From the NCBI GenBank assembly GCA_015055905.1, contig SVHI01000006.1:1-62762 (forward strand): a DNA stretch of 62,762 nt. Reading direction: 5' to 3'. The position numbers were made by a program, and so were the translations under genes. Each line of letters starts with the position of its first letter. Within the stretch, counting starts at the first letter, position 1. The stretch is from Clostridiales bacterium (lineage in GTDB: Bacteria; Bacillota; Clostridia; Christensenellales; UBA1242). Positions 30,202 through 40,672 of the stretch are shown in pieces. The notes below the pieces were generated by a model, which saw only the letters and a list, made by a program, of their open reading frames with translations, ran no database searches and was not told the origin of the DNA.

Positions 30202-31116
30202 TTATTTTCCTTTATCAATATCTCTAAAACTGATGTGGTCTTTCATATTTGCGTCATATTGTTTTTGGTCTGTGATGTTTGTTTGTTGAATTATATATTT
30301 GTCGGTTTTGTCTTCTTTTACATATTCAGCAAACTTTTCAAATACGATTGATTCGTCAGTTTTTGCTCTTTCCATTTCTTCAGGAGTGAGTTTAACATAA
30401 ACGTTGTTGTCAATAAAGAATGATTCATAGTCGGTAACGGTTCTTGTTACTGGTCCCATTTTTGGTTTGCCGTCAAAATAGCCGATTATACCGATTGTTG
30501 TTTCGGTTCTTGTTCTTGAGAACTTTGTAAGTTCTTTTGTTGAGAATGATGCAACGCCTTCTTCTGGTGAAAGTTGAACATTTGTAACGCCATAAAGGAA
30601 GTTATTGTTTGTTCTAAATCCATTGAGAGGTGATTCAGTTGCTTCACCCATAGCCTTGTTGAGTGAATCAAGGTTCTTTACGTTTGAAATTGAGTATGAA
30701 TTATAGTTTTCGTTTTCAACAATGCTAGCAAGTGTGTTGATGATAGCAGCTTCGCTTTTAGTGTTTTCTTCGTTTTCAAAATAAGAACTATTAACTAGAT
30801 AGTTAAATGTGGTATAGGCGTTTTCCTTTGAGTCGGCATAGGTTGAAATTCCGTTAATGTCAATTGAGTATTGAGCGTTGTCAGCGTGTTCAACGTCAGC
30901 GCAAAGGAATGTGAATTTTGAAAACAAAGCCTTTTCTTCTGCTTGAATGTTATCTGAGTTTAAAACGTGTGAAACAACGGAGTTGTCAATTCTGTCTTGT
31001 GCTTCTTCAAGGTCTTTGATTGAACAACCAGTTAATGTGAATGTTCCCAAAAACATTGTTCCTACAAGCCCAAGAAGAACAAGTGAACGTTTTACTTTTG
31101 AATAGTGTTTTGTCAT
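30202..31116 (-). CDS. Hypothetical lipoprotein (paralog B)
   Basis: Lipobox LTGC; colinear similarity to 31128-32021. Confidence 0.75.
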   Translation of the reverse strand: MTKHYSKVKRSLVLLGLVGTMFLGTFTLTGCSIKDLEEAQDRIDNSVVSHVLNSDNIQAEEKALFSKFTFLCADVEHADNAQYSIDINGISTYADSKENAYTTFNYLVNSSYFENEENTKSEAAIINTLASIVENENYNSYSISNVKNLDSLNKAMGEATESPLNGFRTNNNFLYGVTNVQLSPEEGVASFSTKELTKFSRTRTETTIGIIGYFDGKPKMGPVTRTVTDYESFFIDNNVYVKLTPEEMERAKTDESIVFEKFAEYVKEDKTDKYIIQQTNITDQKQYDANMKDHISFRDIDKGK

Positions 31117-31127
31117 TGTTTTTCTCC

Positions 31128-32021
31128 TTATTTTGAAATGCCTTCTTCAAGTTCGTTTATTGTAAGCTCACTGAGAAGGTCTGCTTTGTCATAAGTTACC
31201 ATTGTTGTAGATTTTCTTTCAGCTTCAATCTTTGAAGAGTCTCTTGCGTTGATTGCTTCAGCAACATAACTATAAACAAGTGAAGGGTCTTTCTTCATTG
31301 CCTCATAGGTTGCATCATCAACCACAAAGGAGTAGGTGTCTTGAAGAGTGAATGTGCCTTGTTTTGGTGTCATTGAAACGCCGTAGCCAAGACCAACACG
31401 TCCGTCAAAACCAATACCTAAACCAAAGCCGCCTTGAACTTTTCTTTGTTTGAGTTCAACCAAGGTTTTTGTGTCGAAAGTGATTCTGTTTTCTGCATCT
31501 TCATAAGTTGGTTTGCCAAGGTTGTAAAGAAGACCAGAAGAGATGTTGTATTTTTCAAAAGGTGAAACTTCATTTTGAATGAACGCATTGTTGATGCTTG
31601 AAATGCTTGGCACTGGTGAAACTTCAACGTTTACAGGTTCACATTCTTTTATGATTTTTTCAAAGATATCATAGAGTTTGTCATAAGATGCCTTTTTGTC
31701 AACATCATTAAAGTATGATGAAGGAACTTCATAGTTAAGAGCTGTGAAACCAACAGAGTCGTCGCTAAATGATGAAACGCCATTGAAAACAACATCAAAG
31801 TCAAATGATGATTTGTTTACATCTGCACCAATAAGTTCAAAATTCTTGATTGAAAGGCTAGACTTTTGTTCTTCTAGTTCAACATTGCAAACGGTTTTGA
31901 TGTCTTCACTTAAAAGTTCGGCTCTGTCAATGATGTCTTGTGAGCAGCCCGTCATTGTTGCCATCAATCCAACAACACCTAAAAGTGCAAAAAGCTGTTT
32001 TACTTTTGTGTATTTTGCCAT
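31128..32021 (-). CDS. Hypothetical lipoprotein (paralog A)
   Basis: Lipobox MTGC; Gly-rich segment GGFGLGIGFDGRVGLGYG. Confidence 0.75.
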   Translation of the reverse strand: MAKYTKVKQLFALLGVVGLMATMTGCSQDIIDRAELLSEDIKTVCNVELEEQKSSLSIKNFELIGADVNKSSFDFDVVFNGVSSFSDDSVGFTALNYEVPSSYFNDVDKKASYDKLYDIFEKIIKECEPVNVEVSPVPSISSINNAFIQNEVSPFEKYNISSGLLYNLGKPTYEDAENRITFDTKTLVELKQRKVQGGFGLGIGFDGRVGLGYGVSMTPKQGTFTLQDTYSFVVDDATYEAMKKDPSLVYSYVAEAINARDSSKIEAERKSTTMVTYDKADLLSELTINELEEGISK

Positions 32022-32091
32022 AGGTTTCTCCTTTTTCTTTTATTAACAACATAGTAGCATATTTTTGCTGTAATTTCAATATCCGTTTTGA

Positions 32092-32826
32092 CTATTCAGT
32101 TGCGGCATCAGCGAATCTATTTTCAAAGTCAACTGCTTCTGCGATTTTCTTTTCAACGTTATCAATATTTTTTGTTGAGCCCAAAACATAAAGTGTGTCG
32201 CCTTTTTCGAAGATGGTTTCTGGGAGCGGGTCAATGATGTTTTCGCCGCTCTTCATCAAAACGATAGAAATGCCATATTTTTTGCGGACATTTACATCAA
32301 AAATTGATTTATCAACCCATTTTTCAGGGCAAATCATTTCAACAATCTTGTAATCTTCGCTAATTTTTGCAATTTCGTTTGTGAGAGGGTCGGTGAGCGC
32401 TTTGGCAAGTTTTTTGCTCATAAACACTTCAGGGAAGATAACGAGATTAACGCCGATTTTTTCTAAGAGTTCTTTGTGTTGGTTTGTTTGAGCCTTTGCA
32501 ATAACATAAGGAACATTGAGTTCTTTGCAGGTCAAAGAAATGAGCATACTTGATGCAAGGTCTTCACCAATGCAGACGATTGCACACTCAAAGTTTTGAA
32601 TACCAAGCGAAGAAAGAACGTCTTTTTTTGTTGCATCAGCAACTACTGCGTGAGTAACTTGACCTTCAATGCTTTCAATTATTTCTGCGTTTTTGTCAAT
32701 CGCAAGAACATTTTTGCCTTCTTCGGCAAGGTTGAGAGCCAAGCTTTTTCCAAAGTTTCCAAGACCAATTACAACATAGTCAGAAAAGTCTTTTGTTATA
32801 GTGTTATTTGATACGATATTTTCCAT
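32092..32826 (-). CDS. ktrA: Ktr/Trk K+ uptake RCK subunit
   Basis: VIGLGNFG Rossmann motif, TrkA-C domain. Confidence 0.88.
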   Translation of the reverse strand: MENIVSNNTITKDFSDYVVIGLGNFGKSLALNLAEEGKNVLAIDKNAEIIESIEGQVTHAVVADATKKDVLSSLGIQNFECAIVCIGEDLASSMLISLTCKELNVPYVIAKAQTNQHKELLEKIGVNLVIFPEVFMSKKLAKALTDPLTNEIAKISEDYKIVEMICPEKWVDKSIFDVNVRKKYGISIVLMKSGENIIDPLPETIFEKGDTLYVLGSTKNIDNVEKKIAEAVDFENRFADAATE

Positions 32827-32829
32827 TTT

Positions 32830-34203
32830 TTACCCCACTGTTAATTTTGCATCAACATATTTGATGCTGTTTGGTTGATTTTTAATTTTGAAGGCGAGTG
32901 GAATGGTGAGCATTCCAATTCTGCCCATATACATCATAAGTGATAAAACAAGTTTTGATTGCCAGCAAAGTGTTGGTGTTATTCCAAATGACAAGCCGGC
33001 ATTGCAAAGTGCAGATGTGCACTCAAAGATAACGGCATCAAGTGTGGCTGTGCCAGCCTCAAATGTGTAAACTAAGGTTGTTCCAACAACAAGAACTCCA
33101 ACTGCGATTAAAGCAATCTTTGTTGCTTTTGTGATAAGGTTGTTTGAGATTTTTCTGTTTCTGTAAATAATGTTTCCGTTTTGGTCAGGACTCTTGAATA
33201 AGAGCAACAACAAAACAAAGAAAGTAGTTGTTTTTACACCACCAGCCATTGACGCTGATGAACCTCCAATAAACATAAAGATTTCACAAATCATAACTGT
33301 TATTTGACTCATTTGTGATTGGTTAAATGTTGCAAACCCTGCAGTTCTTGTGGTTATGCTTTGGAAAAAACAGTTCATAATTTTGTTTCCTGTTGACATA
33401 TTTCCAATAGTGTTAGGGTTATTCCATTCAAAGAACATTACCAAAACAGCACCAAGCAAAATTAAGATTCCAGTGAGCCACAAAACAATTCTTGTGTGAA
33501 TGTTGAGTCTTTTTTTCTTTTTGAATTTTTTGAAAAGGTCAATAAATACAATGAAACCGATTCCGCCCAAAACAATCAAAAACATTACAGGAATCAAAAC
33601 CGCTGGGTTTGTTGCAAAGTGCGAAAGGTTTGAAAATGCTGGTGTTGCAGTTCCAAGAGGGTCAAAGCCGGCGTTGCAGAATGCTGAAACCGCCAAAAAC
33701 AAGGCTTTGAAAATTCCAAGACCAACACTGCCAGAAAATTCAATCATTGGTGGAATGAGCGCTATAAAACCAATAAGTTCAAGACTGAATGTTGCGATGA
33801 TAACAAAGACGATAGTTTTTACAACGTCTTTTGTGTCTTCTTGGTTCAAACTTTCTTGAATGGTGAGTCTTGTTGCGTAGTCAATTTTCTTTCCTATAAG
33901 CAAAAAGAGAAGTGAAGTGATTGCAACAAAGCCAAGACCGCCAATTTGAATTAAGAGCATAACAATAACTTGTCCAAAAATTGTTAGTTCCATTGCAACA
34001 TCATAAACCATTAGTCCTGTAACACAGACTGAACTGGTTGATGTGAATAACGAATCAATAAAAGGCATCCATATTCCTGCGGTGTTTGAGATTGGCAAAC
34101 ACAAAAGGAACGCGCCGAGAAGAATGACTGATGCAAAGCCCAAAAGAATGAATTTTGCAGGGGTCATTTTGAAAATGTTTTGTAATTTTAAATTTTTCTT
34201 CAT
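32830..34203 (-). CDS. ktrB: Ktr/Trk K+ uptake membrane subunit
   Basis: SSVCVTGL, SAFCNAGF, TTRTAGF, MFIGG pore motifs. Confidence 0.9.
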   Translation of the reverse strand: MKKNLKLQNIFKMTPAKFILLGFASVILLGAFLLCLPISNTAGIWMPFIDSLFTSTSSVCVTGLMVYDVAMELTIFGQVIVMLLIQIGGLGFVAITSLLFLLIGKKIDYATRLTIQESLNQEDTKDVVKTIVFVIIATFSLELIGFIALIPPMIEFSGSVGLGIFKALFLAVSAFCNAGFDPLGTATPAFSNLSHFATNPAVLIPVMFLIVLGGIGFIVFIDLFKKFKKKKRLNIHTRIVLWLTGILILLGAVLVMFFEWNNPNTIGNMSTGNKIMNCFFQSITTRTAGFATFNQSQMSQITVMICEIFMFIGGSSASMAGGVKTTTFFVLLLLLFKSPDQNGNIIYRNRKISNNLITKATKIALIAVGVLVVGTTLVYTFEAGTATLDAVIFECTSALCNAGLSFGITPTLCWQSKLVLSLMMYMGRIGMLTIPLAFKIKNQPNSIKYVDAKLTVG

Positions 34204-34345
34204 ACGCCTCATTTTAACATAGATTATTTGGTTTTGCAAAAGATTTAGAATGAAATTGCAGTAATTTAGCGGTTTTATGTGAAATTTTAATGAAAATGAA
34301 TAATAGTTTTTAGATTGTTAACGATTAAAAAAGTGGAGGAATTTT

Positions 34346-35596
34346 ATGAAGAAAATTAACCCTTTTTATGAAGAAAAGGCTGTGCCTGTTGATGGCACAT
34401 TCAAAGAACTAAAGAACTTGTGTTTAAAACCTTATGACAAAGAAACCGCAAGCCCATACACAAAAACAAGAATGATTTTAATGAATGGAACAGAGTTTGA
34501 GGCGAACTGGTTTATGCATCAATTCAATAGGCACTGCAATAACAATGACCTAAGAAGAGAACTTGCGAATGTTCGCAGGCACGAACAGCAACAGCAAAAA
34601 ATGATTGCGAGCCTAAGGCCTATTGACGAAACCGATTTAGAGACAACTATAGCCTATGAACAATTGGCGGTTGACCTTACCGCAATCTTGGCGCGACACG
34701 TGAAAGATGAGAATGTTAAAAGCGCACTCAATTTTGCGTTGCTTGAAGACTTTGACCACCTTTATAGATTTGCAAACCTTTTGGAAATCGAAGAGGGCAA
34801 GTCTGCTAAAGACTTGGTTGGAAAATATACTGAGGTTATGCCAGGCAGACCAACAATTGCTGAACACCGCCACCCATTTGACAGCATCAATAAATTTATC
34901 TGCAATCTTTCAGCGGACCCATTCACGAAACTCACAACAAATATAATAACTGGTGCAGAGCAACAAACAATGAATTATTATATGAACATTGCGAACATTC
35001 ACAAGAGCGAAATGGGCAGAAAACTCTATAGCGAAATTGCAATGATTGAAGAGCAACACGTGACAGAATATGGCAGCCTTTTAGATGCGAACTGCACTTG
35101 GCTTGAAAACTGGGTTATGCACGAATACACCGAATGTTATTTGTATTATTCGTGCTATGCAGATGAAACCGATGAAGACATTAAGGCGGTTTATGAGCAG
35201 ATGTATTATGAAGAATGTGGGCATCTTCAAAAGGCTGCTGAAATGCTTGAAAAATTTGAAGGCAAACAGTGGCAATGCTTATTCCCTTGTGGTGGGGACT
35301 TCCCAGAACTTTTGAGGTTTGAAGGCAATATTGAATATATCCGCGACGTGATTGAAAATACAGTTTGCTATACCAAAAATCGTGAGGGATATATTGAAGT
35401 TAAAGACCTTGATGACAAGGCGGATTTCAAAAAATATAACAGGCAGGTTTGCAAAACGGATAGTCAAGTTCCAAGCCATATGGTAATTATGGAGCATATA
35501 AAAAAGAAAGGTGAAGACTATCGCGTTCAGGTTAAAGAGCACCCAATCAAACTTTTGCAGGATAGGGGTGAAGATAACATTTCTATTGCAAGATAA
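34346..35596 (+). CDS. Ferritin-like (diiron) domain protein
   Basis: Repeated ExxH motifs (EDFDHL, EEQH, EECGH). Confidence 0.7.
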   Translation: MKKINPFYEEKAVPVDGTFKELKNLCLKPYDKETASPYTKTRMILMNGTEFEANWFMHQFNRHCNNNDLRRELANVRRHEQQQQKMIASLRPIDETDLETTIAYEQLAVDLTAILARHVKDENVKSALNFALLEDFDHLYRFANLLEIEEGKSAKDLVGKYTEVMPGRPTIAEHRHPFDSINKFICNLSADPFTKLTTNIITGAEQQTMNYYMNIANIHKSEMGRKLYSEIAMIEEQHVTEYGSLLDANCTWLENWVMHEYTECYLYYSCYADETDEDIKAVYEQMYYEECGHLQKAAEMLEKFEGKQWQCLFPCGGDFPELLRFEGNIEYIRDVIENTVCYTKNREGYIEVKDLDDKADFKKYNRQVCKTDSQVPSHMVIMEHIKKKGEDYRVQVKEHPIKLLQDRGEDNISIAR

Positions 35597-35617
35597 AAAC
35601 AGGGGATAGCCCCTGTT

Positions 35618-36904
35618 TTATTTTGTGGTTTCAGCTTCAAGTTTTGCTTGTTCCTTTTCAAGTTTTGCCTTTTCTTTTAGTTGTCTTTCAAATTCTTTTC
35701 TTACGATTCTTTGCTTATACATCATATAGAACTTAAACGGACAAACCGCAATCATTATGAGAAGCAATGTGTTGAAAACGGTTATGCTTTCAAATGATGC
35801 AATCAAGATAAACACCACATAAACTAATGTGCTGACGGTGTATTTGAGGGTATCGATAATCACATTGTGTTCTGCAATAAATTCATATAGTCCCAAGTGC
35901 TTGATGATTGCGTCGCGTTCAGCGTCGCCAAAGTAATCAGAAAAGTAAATTGCGATTGTGAGGAAACAGTTCAAAATAACAAATGTTATTTGGTTTGTGA
36001 AAATCATAAAGATTATGCACGAGATTAATGGAAGTGTTCCAACGGTTAAATAGATTAAAAGTTTGTTTGTTTTTGGTTTTTCTTCGGCTTTTCTATAAAG
36101 AATTAAAAGCCCGATTGTTATGAGTGAGAATACTGATGACAAAATTCCAAGGCTAAGGTTTGTTTTGAAAGCAAAGATTGTGAGAATAATAATAACAACC
36201 TTATAAGTGGTTTTGATTCCCGCCATCAAGCCGTTAAAATAGGTATATTTAACTTTGTTTCTAGCATCAGGGTTTTCTTTTAAGTATTTTAAATACTTTC
36301 TCATTTCAAGTTTTGAGTCGTCTCTCTTTTTGTATTTTATAAAGAGCGAGATAACAAACTGAATTGCGGTCATAATAACGATGTAAATTGCGATTGTTGA
36401 GTATGATGAAACGTCGATAAGCAATCCCAAAACTGTTGGAACTACAATGTTTATGAGGTTGGTTATGATTGTTGTTAAAATGCTGAACTTTTTCATATAA
36501 ATTCTATCAACAAGTTCGTTCTTCATAACGTTGAAACTTGAATAATAGAATGCGTTTGAAATACCACAAATTGCACCAGCCAAAATAATCCAGTGTGCAA
36601 TTATTTCGCCCCAAAGCACAATCGCTATCAAAAAGCAGGTGTTAACAAAAATGCCGATTCTAAGAAAAACTGTTCTATTGCTTCTATCAACAAAATAACT
36701 GTTTATGATGTATACCAAAATGTATGCGATATACTGCGAAATATAAAGCACTGCAACATTAATGAGCCCTGAACCGAAAATATTGTCAGGGTTTAGTGCG
36801 ATAATATGAGATGTTAAGAATGTGCTTGTAAAAAGTTCAAGAACCATTCTTAGCATATGCACGCTAAGCAGCGCGGTTTGATTTCTGTTTAATTCTCTTT
36901 TCAT
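35618..36904 (-). CDS. MFS-like transporter
   Basis: About 12 TM helices in two halves. Confidence 0.7.
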   Translation of the reverse strand: MKRELNRNQTALLSVHMLRMVLELFTSTFLTSHIIALNPDNIFGSGLINVAVLYISQYIAYILVYIINSYFVDRSNRTVFLRIGIFVNTCFLIAIVLWGEIIAHWIILAGAICGISNAFYYSSFNVMKNELVDRIYMKKFSILTTIITNLINIVVPTVLGLLIDVSSYSTIAIYIVIMTAIQFVISLFIKYKKRDDSKLEMRKYLKYLKENPDARNKVKYTYFNGLMAGIKTTYKVVIIILTIFAFKTNLSLGILSSVFSLITIGLLILYRKAEEKPKTNKLLIYLTVGTLPLISCIIFMIFTNQITFVILNCFLTIAIYFSDYFGDAERDAIIKHLGLYEFIAEHNVIIDTLKYTVSTLVYVVFILIASFESITVFNTLLLIMIAVCPFKFYMMYKQRIVRKEFERQLKEKAKLEKEQAKLEAETTK

Positions 36905-36986
36905 AATACCTCTGTGCTCTATTATTATATACCTCTGCAAAAAAACTTGGCAAATAAAAAACCTAACATTCCTGGTAGGTTTTTAG

Positions 36987-37790
36987 TTAATTTTCACTAG
37001 GCTCTGTGCCAGCCTTGTCCTTTTTAAAATTTTCATAGTCCGCTAAGATTGGCAAAAAGTCAAGTGGCAAGTGTGGCATCATTTGAGCCTTTAGTTTTTC
37101 AGGAACACCAAACATTGCCTCTGCCATACTTCCAACAATACACGCATTTGTGTCTGTGTCGCCACCATAAGAGATTGCTTTCTTAACAGCCTCTTCAAAA
37201 GAGTTTGAAGTGAAGAGAGAATATAAACAAACATCAACAGTGTCTTCGCACTTTGAGTTAAAGTGGTCGATGTTTGGCTCTCTTAGGTCAATATCAAGTT
37301 TTTTGATAATGTCTTCTTTTTTCATTCCGTTTCTAGCGTAAAAGATTATTAGTGAAACGAGTGTTGCCGCCACGACCGCGTCTTCGCTGTTGTGTGAAGG
37401 AATTGTTGCGAGCCTTGCATTTTCAATAACTTCTTGTTCGGTGTTAAACAAAAATCCTACTGGCGAAACTCTCATCATTGCACCATTGCCTGCACTTTTG
37501 CCTTCGCCTTCACCCAAAACCCAGTTTGTGAAACTTGGTGAAAAACTTGTCTTGAAGTATGGCTCAAAGTCAGGGTGATAGTCAATATATTTTTTGCCCC
37601 ACTCGCGAAGTGACTCGCCATAGTTTTTTTTATTTAAAATTGCATCTGCAATCGCAATAGTTAGAACTGAGTCATCGCTAATGAACGAATTAGGTTCAAT
37701 GACATTTTTAACTTCAACGGGTGATACTTTTTTTATTTGCCCAAATTCATAGATTGAGCCAGCGAGGTCGCCGATTATTGCACCGAACAT
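36987..37790 (-). CDS. ADP-ribosylglycohydrolase family protein
   Basis: GAIIGDLAGS, SDD, GNGAMMR, GGDTDT. Confidence 0.92.
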   Translation of the reverse strand: MFGAIIGDLAGSIYEFGQIKKVSPVEVKNVIEPNSFISDDSVLTIAIADAILNKKNYGESLREWGKKYIDYHPDFEPYFKTSFSPSFTNWVLGEGEGKSAGNGAMMRVSPVGFLFNTEQEVIENARLATIPSHNSEDAVVAATLVSLIIFYARNGMKKEDIIKKLDIDLREPNIDHFNSKCEDTVDVCLYSLFTSNSFEEAVKKAISYGGDTDTNACIVGSMAEAMFGVPEKLKAQMMPHLPLDFLPILADYENFKKDKAGTEPSEN

Positions 37791-37905
37791 AGTGTTTCTC
37801 CTTTTGTTAGATTATTGTAATGCTTTTTTTCAAAAATGGCAACATATAAAATTTTTGTTTGTTAAATTAGTTAAAAATGTTATCATAAGCATATAGAGGT
37901 GAAAT

Positions 37906-38346
37906 ATGTTTGAATTTAGACCTTACAAAGAAACCGATTATGATTTTGTTTATGATGCAAAAAAGATTGGTTACAAAACCTATGTGGAAGAATATTATGG
38001 TCCTTGGAACGACGAGCAACAACACGAGATGTTTGAAAGTTTCTTAAAAGAAAGAAAAGATAAAATTCAAATCATTGTAGTTGGCGGGAATGCAGCGGGC
38101 TTTATTGATGGCGGAACCATTGATGATGAAACTTATGAGCAAGGCAACATTTGTTTGCTTCCTGAGTTTAGAGGAAAGGGAATAGGAAGCCAGATTCTTC
38201 AATGGGTTATTGATGAAAATAAGGGCAAAAACATAAAACTTCGTGTGTTTAAATCAAACCCAGCTGTGAGGCTTTATCAAAGGTTTGGATTTGAAATTGT
38301 TGACGAAACGAAATCACACTACAATATGGTTAGAAAGGCAAAATAA
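37906..38346 (+). CDS. GNAT family N-acetyltransferase
   Basis: PEFRGKGIG, NPAVRLYQRFGF. Confidence 0.9.
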   Translation: MFEFRPYKETDYDFVYDAKKIGYKTYVEEYYGPWNDEQQHEMFESFLKERKDKIQIIVVGGNAAGFIDGGTIDDETYEQGNICLLPEFRGKGIGSQILQWVIDENKGKNIKLRVFKSNPAVRLYQRFGFEIVDETKSHYNMVRKAK

Positions 38347-38369
38347 AAATCACCAATGTCGGTGATTTT

Positions 38370-39122
38370 TTATTTTTTTAAAATAAACGCATAAAGTTTT
38401 CTTTTTAGTTCAATGCCTTTTTTGGTTGTGTGAGATTTAACATATTCTTCAAAAAGAGGCATATCTTTTTCTTCGTCAAAACCACCAAGAATTGGTGTGT
38501 TTGAAAGCAGAAACAAAAGGTCTGCTGGAGATTTATAATATTCAATCTCTTCAAAACGAATAAGTTTGATTTCTTCATAGCCAGCTTCAACACATTCCGC
38601 CATCACTTTTTTGTAGAGTGGCTCAGCGTTATAGTCTTGACCTCTGCCATATAGGTCTTTTAGTTCCTGACAGTCATCAAAAGAAACGTCTTCCGAAACA
38701 AAAGTTCCGCCTTTTTTGAGAACCCTGAAAACTTCTTTCATATTTGCGCCACAATGTCTTGAAACAACAAGGTCAAAAGAGCCATCTTCAAAGTCGAATG
38801 GACCATTGCAATCAAGAATTTTGAGCGAAAACTTATTTTTATTCTTTGGCGAGTTTTCATAATATTTATTTATGTTGTTTTTTGCTTTCTTGAGCATTTC
38901 TGGCTCAAAGTCAGTAACAAAAACCTTTTTTGCGAGTGAATAATAACGAATTGTTTTTTCGCCGCTGCCTGAGCCGATGTCAAGCATAACAGTTTTTGGT
39001 GTAATGTAGCCAACGACAGTTTTGTAATAATCAAAATCGGTTTTGCGAACCACTGAATAGTTCATTTTAGAAAAATTCCAACCGATTTGTTTTCCTGCGT
39101 CGGTGTAGTTAAATTCTTTCAT
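38370..39122 (-). CDS. Class I SAM-dependent methyltransferase
   Basis: GWNFS, LDIGSGSGE, FDLVVSRH; ATG 39122 after AAGGAG. Confidence 0.88.
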   Translation of the reverse strand: MKEFNYTDAGKQIGWNFSKMNYSVVRKTDFDYYKTVVGYITPKTVMLDIGSGSGEKTIRYYSLAKKVFVTDFEPEMLKKAKNNINKYYENSPKNKNKFSLKILDCNGPFDFEDGSFDLVVSRHCGANMKEVFRVLKKGGTFVSEDVSFDDCQELKDLYGRGQDYNAEPLYKKVMAECVEAGYEEIKLIRFEEIEYYKSPADLLFLLSNTPILGGFDEEKDMPLFEEYVKSHTTKKGIELKRKLYAFILKK

Positions 39123-39138
39123 ATAGTTCTCCTTAGTT

Positions 39139-39603
39139 TCAGTCTTTGCAAACATCAACCCAGGCGTTGAAGTTTGAGTATTTTTCAAGCTCGGGTATTG
39201 TGAGTTTAATTGCACTATTGCTGCTGCCGCAAGCAGGGAACACAAAGTCAAAGCGTTTGAGTGATTCATCGAGAAACACTTGAACCCCGTCATTAATAGC
39301 AAATGGACAAACCCCGCCAACAGCGTGACCTATTAGCGATTCAGCCTCTTCAAAAGATAACATTTTTGCTTTGAGCCCAAACTGTGATTTGAATTTTGAA
39401 TTGTCAATTCTTGTGTCGCCCGCACAAACAATCATAATAGGGTTTTGTGTTCCAACAAATGTGAGTGATTTTGCAATTCTAGAAGGTTCACAACCGAGTG
39501 CCGCTGCCGCAAGGTCAACGGTGGCGCTAGAAACCTCAAACTCCAAAATTTGTGAGTCCATTCCAAATTGTTTAAAATATTCTCTAACTTTTTCAAAAGC
39601 CAT
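39139..39603 (-). CDS. YbaK/EbsC family aminoacyl-tRNA deacylase
   Basis: IAKSL, GGVCPF, PACGS. Confidence 0.9.
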   Translation of the reverse strand: MAFEKVREYFKQFGMDSQILEFEVSSATVDLAAAALGCEPSRIAKSLTFVGTQNPIMIVCAGDTRIDNSKFKSQFGLKAKMLSFEEAESLIGHAVGGVCPFAINDGVQVFLDESLKRFDFVFPACGSSNSAIKLTIPELEKYSNFNAWVDVCKD

Positions 39604-39718
39604 TTCGCACCTCAAATTTCATTAGTGACATTATACAATAAACAAGGGGTTACATCAACCTAAAACAATGACTACATAGTGATTTTATAATAAAATTGTG
39701 ATATATGGAGGGAGAAAA

Positions 39719-39829
39719 ATGAACGAGGTAAAAAAATCAGGTTTAGATAAAACAACCGTTAAAGATAAAGAAAAATATATTGCAAATGCAGTTAACAGAG
39801 TTGAAAAGACAGTTCAAAAAACTTTATAA
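39719..39829 (+). CDS. Small hypothetical protein (36 aa)
   Basis: RBS GGAGGGAG, MNEVKKSG..KTL, followed by terminator at about 39846-39875. Confidence 0.5.
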   Translation: MNEVKKSGLDKTTVKDKEKYIANAVNRVEKTVQKTL

Positions 39830-39886
39830 GTTAACATAAATTAATAAAAAGACGCGCCTTTAACGCGTCTTTTTTTGTTGGTTGTA

Positions 39887-40672
39887 TTAAAGTTCTTTTT
39901 GTTCAGTTTCTTTTGCTGAATCCATAGAAATTAAAGCCCCATCAATAATTAGTTGTTTATAAAGTAGTTCTGTGCATAAATCAGGGTGGGTTCTCTCGGT
40001 TTCTTCGTCAAACTCTTTCATTTTTGCTTCAATATCAATTTTTGAAAAAGCTTTTAAAATAGAAACTATATCTTTGTGTTTATCTTTGTCTAAAGCGGCT
40101 AAAAGTGTTGACATTTTTTCTTCGTCAATTGTGTCAAACCCACGCATTGAAAGCAAACAAAATAATGGGCTGTGCTTGTCACCAATTTTAGCGTGTCCAA
40201 ATTGGAAAGCTGAACAACCAAATATAATTTTTAAAATGTCTTCACCGGTGTATGTTGTTTTATATTCGCCTTCGATTGGGATTTCAAATTCCTTGCCTAA
40301 AAATGTTTGTTTGAATTCATCACTTTTTTCAGTTTTTGAATATCCGAATTCAAAATCCTTTAATTTTAAGTCTTCTGGTAATTCAACAACAGATTGACTT
40401 GTTATTGGGCTAGAAGGATACCAAGGCAATATCATACTACAATCATCTGCAACATAAGCCTCACAAAAACCAGTTAAACCAACTTCTTTTAAAAGGTGAG
40501 ATATGAAGACTGATGAATCTGTTATTCTAAACCAAGAACCATAACTAACAACATCGTGGTATAATTTTTTTGTTTCTTCATCTTCCACAACGTGTTCGGT
40601 TACGCTTTGGTGCATTTTATCTTTCAAATGTGTAAATTTGCTATCTTTTGTAAAAATATATTTCTTTTTCAT
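39887..40672 (-). CDS. Hypothetical protein (orphan; weak kinase-like pattern)
   Basis: 261 aa, RBS AAGGAG. Confidence 0.65.
   Translation of the reverse strand: MKKKYIFTKDSKFTHLKDKMHQSVTEHVVEDEETKKLYHDVVSYGSWFRITDSSVFISHLLKEVGLTGFCEAYVADDCSMILPWYPSSPITSQSVVELPEDLKLKDFEFGYSKTEKSDEFKQTFLGKEFEIPIEGEYKTTYTGEDILKIIFGCSAFQFGHAKIGDKHSPLFCLLSMRGFDTIDEEKMSTLLAALDKDKHKDIVSILKAFSKIDIEAKMKEFDEETERTHPDLCTELLYKQLIIDGALISMDSAKETEQKEL

Noticed and set aside
34204-34345. c-di-AMP riboswitch upstream of ktrB
   Set aside because: Short AT-rich intergenic region with no recognisable ydaO consensus
39123-39320. N-terminal extension of the methyltransferase ORF
   Set aside because: Overlaps ybaK in another frame; RBS supports ATG 39122
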